Positions 57,997-64,000 of a DNA stretch of 64,000 bases are shown in pieces. The first letter of the stretch is position 1. Every line of letters starts with the position of its first letter. Source of the DNA: Nitrospirota bacterium (GTDB lineage Bacteria > Nitrospirota > UBA9217); contig CAWBNQ010000001.1 of the NCBI GenBank assembly GCA_963790205.1, forward strand, positions 672,001-736,000. Direction: 5' to 3'. The position numbers were made by a program, and so were the translations under genes. Below the pieces are notes generated by a model. That model was not told where the DNA came from. It saw only the letters and a program-made list of their open reading frames with translations, and did no database searches.

Positions 57997-59515
57997 GATG
58001 CTTCCCTGCGGATGCTGTTGTCGTAAATGTTCTCTTTTCCTTTTTACAAATGATCTGGATCACATTCCTGCCGCTCATGGCGACCGCCGGGAGTCCGCCG
58101 CCGGGCTCGACCCACTGTCCGGCCATGTAAAAGTTCGAAAGTCCGGGCAGGGTCTTTTTCATCACCTGCCCAAGGTTCCAGGTCTTGGGTGTTATCTGCC
58201 AGCCTTCGTAGCTTCCCTTCCAGTTGCCGGTATAGCGCACGAAGGTGGTGGGCGACGCGACATCGCGCATCTCGACCTGGGACGCAAGCCCCGGAAACCG
58301 TTTGTCCAGGAGCGACACGACTTTGTCCGCGATCATTTCCTTCTCGGCCTTGTACAGCACATCGTTTTCACGAAGCGTTCTCCAATACTCATAATCTGTC
58401 GAGAGCATCACGATCAGAACGGTTTTGCCTTGAGGCGCGAGGGTGGGGTCGAAGTTATAGATATGAACGCCAAGATAGGCGTGTGGCACGCCGCCGACAA
58501 TCAGCGGCTCCTTCAATTCGAGGGCGAGTCCGGCGGAAGGCGGGACCTCGGGAAAAGACCTGTTCACGCCGAGAGCAATATACATGAGCGGCGGAAAGGG
58601 AATGAGCTTATCATAGTACCCCCGGATCGTATCATCGACGTATTTCCCGTCGAGCATGCCGAAGATCGTCGAGTGCCCGTCCGCGGCCGAGATCACATAA
58701 TCGGCGCGGTGCTCGGTACCGTCCTCGAGGCTCACGCCCGCGGCCCGTCCATTCTCCGTAATGACCTTCGCAACTTTCGACTGGTAGATCATTTCTCCGC
58801 CGAGGGAAAGATATCTTTTTTCTATGGCCTTCGCAAAAGGGAGCGACCCGCCGACCGGGTATCCGGCCGCCCGGTTATGCATCCAGGCGAAGGTCATGAG
58901 CATGAAGGTCATGGGGAACTCCGGCCTGAACAGCAGCGGAAAGGCTTTGCGGATCAGCTGGTTCCTGAACCGGTTGCCGAAGTCAGCGAGCGAAACCTTG
59001 TTCCATTTCCAGAGCAGCCGCATGAGCCCGAGGTTTGTCGCCATCATCTTGAGCAAGTCGAACAGGCTCATGACCTCGGGCGCTTTTTCCAGCGGCGGCT
59101 CGAAACGCGTGCATTTTCTGATCGCAGCGATGAACTCATCGATGACAAGAGCGTCTTCCGGCGCGAGCTCTTTCATGTGGCGCTCAAGCTTGTCGATATT
59201 CGTATAGACGATGAACGTCCTTCCGTCCGCGCCTTCGAGCCGTCCATACTCATCGAAATCAACGATCTTCTTTTCTTCCAGCGCGCCGAGGTCCTTCCAG
59301 ATACGGTAAAAGTTCGAGCGTTCGCTCGATCCGACCAGCCAGTGGATGCAGCCGTCCACGGTATAGCCCTGCCGTTTCCAGGCGGTGCAGAGCCCGCCTG
59401 GCTTCTTTTTGTGCATTTCGAAGATGCGCGTCTTGAAGCCGTTCATCTGGCCGTAGCACCCGGCGGAAAGGCCCGCGATGCCTCCACCGATGACAATGAT
59501 AGATTTTGGTGACAT
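57989..59515 (-). CDS. Phytoene-desaturase-like FAD oxidoreductase
   Basis: IIVIGGGIAGL, PGGLCTAW, YPVGGS, TFVRYT.N..G, AGQWV.PGGG. Confidence 0.85.
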   Translation of the reverse strand: MSPKSIIVIGGGIAGLSAGCYGQMNGFKTRIFEMHKKKPGGLCTAWKRQGYTVDGCIHWLVGSSERSNFYRIWKDLGALEEKKIVDFDEYGRLEGADGRTFIVYTNIDKLERHMKELAPEDALVIDEFIAAIRKCTRFEPPLEKAPEVMSLFDLLKMMATNLGLMRLLWKWNKVSLADFGNRFRNQLIRKAFPLLFRPEFPMTFMLMTFAWMHNRAAGYPVGGSLPFAKAIEKRYLSLGGEMIYQSKVAKVITENGRAAGVSLEDGTEHRADYVISAADGHSTIFGMLDGKYVDDTIRGYYDKLIPFPPLMYIALGVNRSFPEVPPSAGLALELKEPLIVGGVPHAYLGVHIYNFDPTLAPQGKTVLIVMLSTDYEYWRTLRENDVLYKAEKEMIADKVVSLLDKRFPGLASQVEMRDVASPTTFVRYTGNWKGSYEGWQITPKTWNLGQVMKKTLPGLSNFYMAGQWVEPGGGLPAVAMSGRNVIQIICKKEKRTFTTTASAGKHHG

Positions 59516-59645
59516 TGAACACTCCTTTCTGCTCCGCGGCGTACACCGTGAAACAAGTCCCAAATCCGGAAATTTATGCATCGCTTGAGATTTGCTTATC
59601 GGACCTTGCCGCTTACAGGTCATTTGATGCTTAAGTTTTGGAGCT

Positions 59646-60701
59646 TTATTTCACGCTCTTCAAAAACCTCTTCATATCGAACTCGAGGTCCATCAGCTGT
59701 CGTACCCGCTCCACCTTCTGTTTCTCGCGGATGCTCGTTTTGCCCATGCTGATCTCGATCTTATCGATGGTAGTGAAGGTGTCGTCGGCCACGGAGATGA
59801 TGGGTACGCCCTTCGTCTGGGCCTTGCCGATGACCACGTCGTTCGTCTGGAAGCCGCCGGTCAGGATGATGCACCTTGTCGACGTCTCCATGGCGGCGAG
59901 CTGGATGTCGGAACGGTGCGCGCCGGTGATCACGGCCTTGTTCGGAATTCTCCGGAAATAATTGAGCGCGCTGTCCACGTCCATGGCGCCGATGGAATAG
60001 TTTTCCACATACTCGTCCAATCGTTCATCGCAGCAGACCACCTTGCCGTTTAATATCTCGTTCAATTGGCGCACGGTCACGGACTCGAGCGCCCGGTCCC
60101 TGGCGAAGACACCCAGGACTTTGACGCCTTTCTTTTCCAGGAAGGGTCTCATGGTCTCTTTCACGTGGCCCGCGGTGTTCACCGGTACCTTATTGATCAC
60201 GCCGCCGATGAACCGTTCGCCGACAAGCCCGGCGCCGCCGAAGAGAGAGTCCGCCGAGACTTCGCCGCGCCAGGGCTCGACCATCAAAAGATAGGCTTTC
60301 ATGTCGTTGAGGAGTGAAAGCGTGCTCATACCGAGGAGCGATCCTTCGAACAGATCACCCGCTCCGCCGATGATGACGAAGTCCCTGCTCTTGAGCGTTT
60401 TGAACGCCGCCAGCACCTGTTTTTTTACGTCCTTGAGGCCGCCTGCAATGAGCAGGGTCTGGTTTTCATAGGTCTGGACAAAGGGCGAGATCACCTCCAG
60501 CGGATCTTCGAGCCCGAGCGTCTCCTTGATGAAAATCGCATCAGCGTCGTAAACGCCCCTGCCTTTCTTCACCGGCACATTGCCGATGGGCTTCAGGTAC
60601 CCGACCTTGTAACCCTGATCCCTGAGCTTCATGGCAAGGCCAAGGGAGATGAACGTCCTCCCGGAGTACCCGGTGTTGGATGCGACGAGTATGGGGATCA
60701 T
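59646..60701 (-). CDS. Phosphotransacetylase-family protein (BioD-like plus DRTGG domains)
   Basis: YSGRT…VGYLKPIG, IGAM, ITG..RSDIQLAA, ILTGG. Confidence 0.85.
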   Translation of the reverse strand: MIPILVASNTGYSGRTFISLGLAMKLRDQGYKVGYLKPIGNVPVKKGRGVYDADAIFIKETLGLEDPLEVISPFVQTYENQTLLIAGGLKDVKKQVLAAFKTLKSRDFVIIGGAGDLFEGSLLGMSTLSLLNDMKAYLLMVEPWRGEVSADSLFGGAGLVGERFIGGVINKVPVNTAGHVKETMRPFLEKKGVKVLGVFARDRALESVTVRQLNEILNGKVVCCDERLDEYVENYSIGAMDVDSALNYFRRIPNKAVITGAHRSDIQLAAMETSTRCIILTGGFQTNDVVIGKAQTKGVPIISVADDTFTTIDKIEISMGKTSIREKQKVERVRQLMDLEFDMKRFLKSVK

Positions 60702-60930
60702 GAAAACCTCCTGGAGGAATTGCGGAATGCACCCTGCACTCGCGCCAGGCAATCGTAAACGCTGGGCGCAGGCGGATGTGGAATACGGATCGAGAAATGA
60801 TGCCTGTCCGACTCCGGTACCTGATTCGGACAAAGAGAGCCTGTTATCGTGCGATATGTAGCGGTTTTAAACAAAACGAAACTAGTCACTGTTTTATTCC
60901 GCAATCCACAATCCGAAATCCGCAATGGAT

Positions 60931-63034
60931 TCACTTTTTCTCCTCCGGCCGCTTGAAAATGATCCTCGCATCGAGCGCAACAGCACCCTTCTCCATTACC
61001 AGGAGCGGATTGATATCCAGCTCCTGTATCTCGGGAAAGTCCGACACGAGGCAAGAGAGATTTACGATAGAGCTCGCGATAGCGTTGGTGTCCGCCGGGC
61101 GCTCGCCGCGGGCGCCGTGCAGGAGGCCCGCTGTTTTGATCTCGTTCACCATGGCGAGCGCGTCGCGCCGGGCAACGGGTACGATCCTGAACGAAACGTC
61201 TTTCAGGACTTCGACGTAGATGCCGCCGAGACCGAACATGATCATGTGGCCGAAGGTCCGGTCATAGGTGACGCCGAGGATCACTTCCTTGCCGCCCTTC
61301 GCCATTTCATAGACCATCACGCCCATTGACGAATGCGTCGCGCATGATGCGCCGGGCATTCGTGGTGATCTCCGTAAAGGCTTCTTCCGCCTCTTTCGGC
61401 GTTTTAACATTTACGCGCACGCCGCCCACGTCGGTCTTGTGCAGGATGTCCGGGGAGGATATCTTCATCACGACCGGGAAACCGATCTTGGACGCGATCC
61501 GGGCGGCTTCGCGCGAAGTCCTGGCAAGTGCCCGTTCAGGGAACTGAAATCCGTAATAGGTGAGGAGCTGCATGGCCTCTTCTTCGCCCACCTGGAAGAT
61601 GCCCGATTTGAGGATCGACGCGACGGTTTCGGCTGCCGCGTCAAAATTGTACCAGCAGCTCGACAGCTCTTCCGTTGTGTGATCCTTCCAGGCGCGGTAT
61701 TGTGCGAGGCGCTTGAACGACTTGACTGCAAGCTCGGGAAAGGAGAAGTTCGGGATGGAGCTGTCCTTGAGCTTCCGGATGGCGGAACGCACCCGCGTCT
61801 CTCCCATGAACGAGGTAATGATCGGCTTGCCCGTTTTTTTCGACGTTTCGATCACAACATCTGCGGTAGTTTCCACGTCCGTCATGGCCTGGGGTGTAAG
61901 GATAACCAGGATGCCGTCCACGTTCGGGTCCTGCGCAGCCTGCTCGAGCACGGCCGCGTACCGGGCGGAGGTGGCATCGCCGACCACGTCCACGGGGTTA
62001 AAAACCGTGGCATTCGGCGGAAGTCCCCTGGCCATGGCCGTGATGCTCTCTTTGGTCATGTGCGGCAGCTCTACGCCGAGCCGCTCCGCCGTGTCTGCCG
62101 CGATGATGCCCGGTCCTCCGGCATTCGTGATCACGAGCAGGCCGTTGCCGGCGGGGATTTTGCCTTCGGCAAAGGCCAGCGCCATGTCGAAGAGGTCCTG
62201 AACACCCTGCGCCCGCATGACGCCGGTCTGCTTGAACGCGGCATCAAACGCCACATCGGAGCCGGCGAGCGCGCCCGTGTGGGACGAGGCCGCGCGCGCG
62301 CCCGCCTCGGTGCCGCCTGATTTCAGGAGGATGACGGGCTTCGCCCTGGTCGCCTTGTGCGCGACTTCCATGAAGCGCCTGCCGTCGACCACGTCCTCGA
62401 GGTAGCCCAGGATGAGGCTGGTATCGGGATCGTTCATGAAATATTCGATGAAGTCGAGCTCGCTTAAATCCGCCTTGTTTCCAAGACTGATGAACTTGGA
62501 AAAGCCGACCTCGTTTCCAATGGCCCAATCCATGATCGCGATGCCCATGGCCCCGGACTGGGAGAAGAAAGCGATCTTTCCCTTCGGCAGCATGTCTGCG
62601 GCGAAGGTGGCGTTCATGCTGTTCGACGTGTTGATGAGGCCGAGGCAGTTCGGGCCCAGGATGCGGATATGCCGTTCTTTGCTGATCGTCTTGAGCTGTT
62701 CTTCGAGAAGCGTGCCCTCTCTGCCCGCTTCTTTGAATCCCGCGCTCAGGACCGCCGCCGACATGATCCCCGCGGTTGCGCATTCCCTGAGCGCATCGGG
62801 CACGAAACGCGCCGGTATTGCAATGATTGCGAGATCGACTTCCTTGCCGATGTCAGCCAGTTTCGGATACGCCTTAAGCCCGAGGATTTCTCCGCCGGCG
62901 GGGTTGACCGGGTAGAGCCCGCCCCGGAAGTCATATTTTTTAAGATTGTCCAAGACCGCGTAGCCGACTTTTTTAGGGTCCTGCGACGCGCCGATAACGG
63001 CGATTGACGCCGGGTTGAAGAACGCTTCGAGCAT
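60931..63034 (-). pseudogene. ADP-forming acetate-CoA ligase (alpha-beta fusion) with a one-base frameshift near 61323
   Basis: GPNCLG, SQSGA, SHTGALAG, HKTDVGGV in one frame; EM…GKEVILG…FGLGG…ELDINP in the other; may be a sequencing error. Confidence 0.85.
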
Positions 63035-63246
63035 GATGATGTAAGTTTAGTTGAGAAAGCAGGTGCGGTCAAGGGTGGATATCTGATAACCGTGTTTCCC
63101 GCGCAGAGGAACTTCTCCCCCCGGGGACGGGGGAGAAAATAGGGAGAGGGTGAAGATAAACACCCTCTCTCCTGGGGGATAGATTGGGGAGCGCCGGAGG
63201 GAAGGGGCCTCGATCGTTTGTAAAACTCCGGGCGAACCATTGAAAA

Positions 63247-63612
63247 CTAGTTATCGGCCAGCCAGCGTTTTGCCTGTTCAGCGTTGTCGAAGGACACGAT
63301 ATTCCGCTTTGAGAAGGCCATGACCGCTCCGAAAAGGATCTTCTTCAAGCCGGTGATCCCGACCACGGCAGCGGCCTTCACGTAGGGTTTGTTATGGGCA
63401 GAGAACTGTTTCATGCCGTCGTTTACTTCGTCGTTAAAACGGGCATTCGTCACGTCTGTCAGGGTAAGAAGCGAGTTCATCGGCTTAGTGCTGATCACCC
63501 GTTTTGCGTCCTCGATAATTTTCAAAACCTCATCGGTCCTGGTGTTTGAAAAATCCAGAAATAAGATGTCCTTTTCCTCGTGCTTAATGAATTTTACCCG
63601 TTCCGTTTCCAT
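63247..63612 (-). CDS. STAS/SpoIIAA-like small protein
   Basis: ILFLDFS…LTLTDV…KAAAVVG.TGLK…F…EQA..WL; AGGAG RBS. Confidence 0.7.
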   Translation of the reverse strand: METERVKFIKHEEKDILFLDFSNTRTDEVLKIIEDAKRVISTKPMNSLLTLTDVTNARFNDEVNDGMKQFSAHNKPYVKAAAVVGITGLKKILFGAVMAFSKRNIVSFDNAEQAKRWLADN

Positions 63613-63880
63613 GCATTCTCCTTAGTAGTCGGGTGACGTGAAAAACTTAAAAGTCAACCCGAAGCCAATCGTCTCTTTTACTGCTTCATGCTATAAGAAC
63701 TGAATACAATCGTCAATAACCCGGAAAGGGTATTTTTAGGGTATAAAAATGGTGATAACACATTTTTTTGTGCGCTCTTTCTTCTCCCATGTCGTTGCTT
63801 TCAAGAGATCTGCTCGGTGATTCGGGCCCGCTTTCTGCTATACTTCTTTATGAAGAGAAACGGCAGGGGGCGCTGTTCCA

Positions 63881-64000
63881 ATGACAGTACGGGAACTCGA
63901 CAGAAAACTGGCTGCAATGAGGTCGATCTATCCGGAAAAATTTCCGACCGAGGAACGGATTTTCAGCAATATCCACCCGGGAAACCGGATTTTCATCGGC
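63881..64000 (+). CDS. Acetyl-CoA hydrolase/transferase-family protein, N-terminus (runs off window end)
   Basis: MTVRELDRKLAAMRSIYPEKFPTEERIFSNIHPGNRIFIG. Confidence 0.6.
   Translation, partial: MTVRELDRKLAAMRSIYPEKFPTEERIFSNIHPGNRIFIG

Noticed and set aside
56626..59515. Carotenoid pathway (CrtI-like plus aldehyde dehydrogenase)
   Set aside because: No phytoene/squalene synthase or other crt genes in the window; substrate cannot be inferred.
63100..63210. Purine-rich palindromic tract as riboswitch or ncRNA
   Set aside because: Looks like a degenerate REP-like repeat; no recognisable riboswitch consensus.
1..64000. CRISPR array, tRNA or rRNA genes
   Set aside because: No regularly spaced repeat-spacer units or tRNA/rRNA signatures were seen by eye.

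Overview
A GC-rich bacterial chromosome segment; gene content suggests a Nitrospirota- or Desulfobacterota-like anaerobe (inference). It is interrupted by a visibly AT-richer, ~34.45 kb integrative defence island (2386-36835). The island splits yjbQ: the 5' part (…FYGEFD) is at 36836-37208 and the missing C-terminus (GRRKKRVLVKIVGE*) is at 2342-2386, both on the minus strand. Rejoining them restores an in-frame gene. There is no target-site duplication, but there are 29-bp imperfect terminal inverted repeats and a 4-6 bp extra footprint at one end. Together with a four-gene tyrosine-recombinase core (IntA, Tfp-like, IntB, small Srap/GinD-like), this fits the SE/GInt class of integrative elements, although here the core sits mid-element. 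Cargo: an IS110 whose downstream non-coding region carries an 11-nt copy of its own target flank (candidate bridge RNA), cassette-like single genes (nucleotide-cyclase-like, membrane, HExxH, NDT/TIR-like), a type I RM system, an Azaca-like DUF6361-PLD-helicase operon, a PD-(D/E)XK nuclease, and a Ubl-E2-JAB/E1 (Bub-like) operon transcribed divergently from HTH, IrrE-peptidase, Ser/Thr-kinase and TPR genes. Host flanks carry slp, ftsH, a ParC-like subunit, a c-di-GMP/partner-switching operon, oppDF, sigma54-preceded lpxC, deoC, a class IV aminotransferase, ALDH, a CrtI-like oxidoreductase, a Pta-family protein and a frameshifted ADP-forming acetate-CoA ligase. No rRNA, tRNA or CRISPR array was seen. 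All family assignments are by motif recognition, not by database search.
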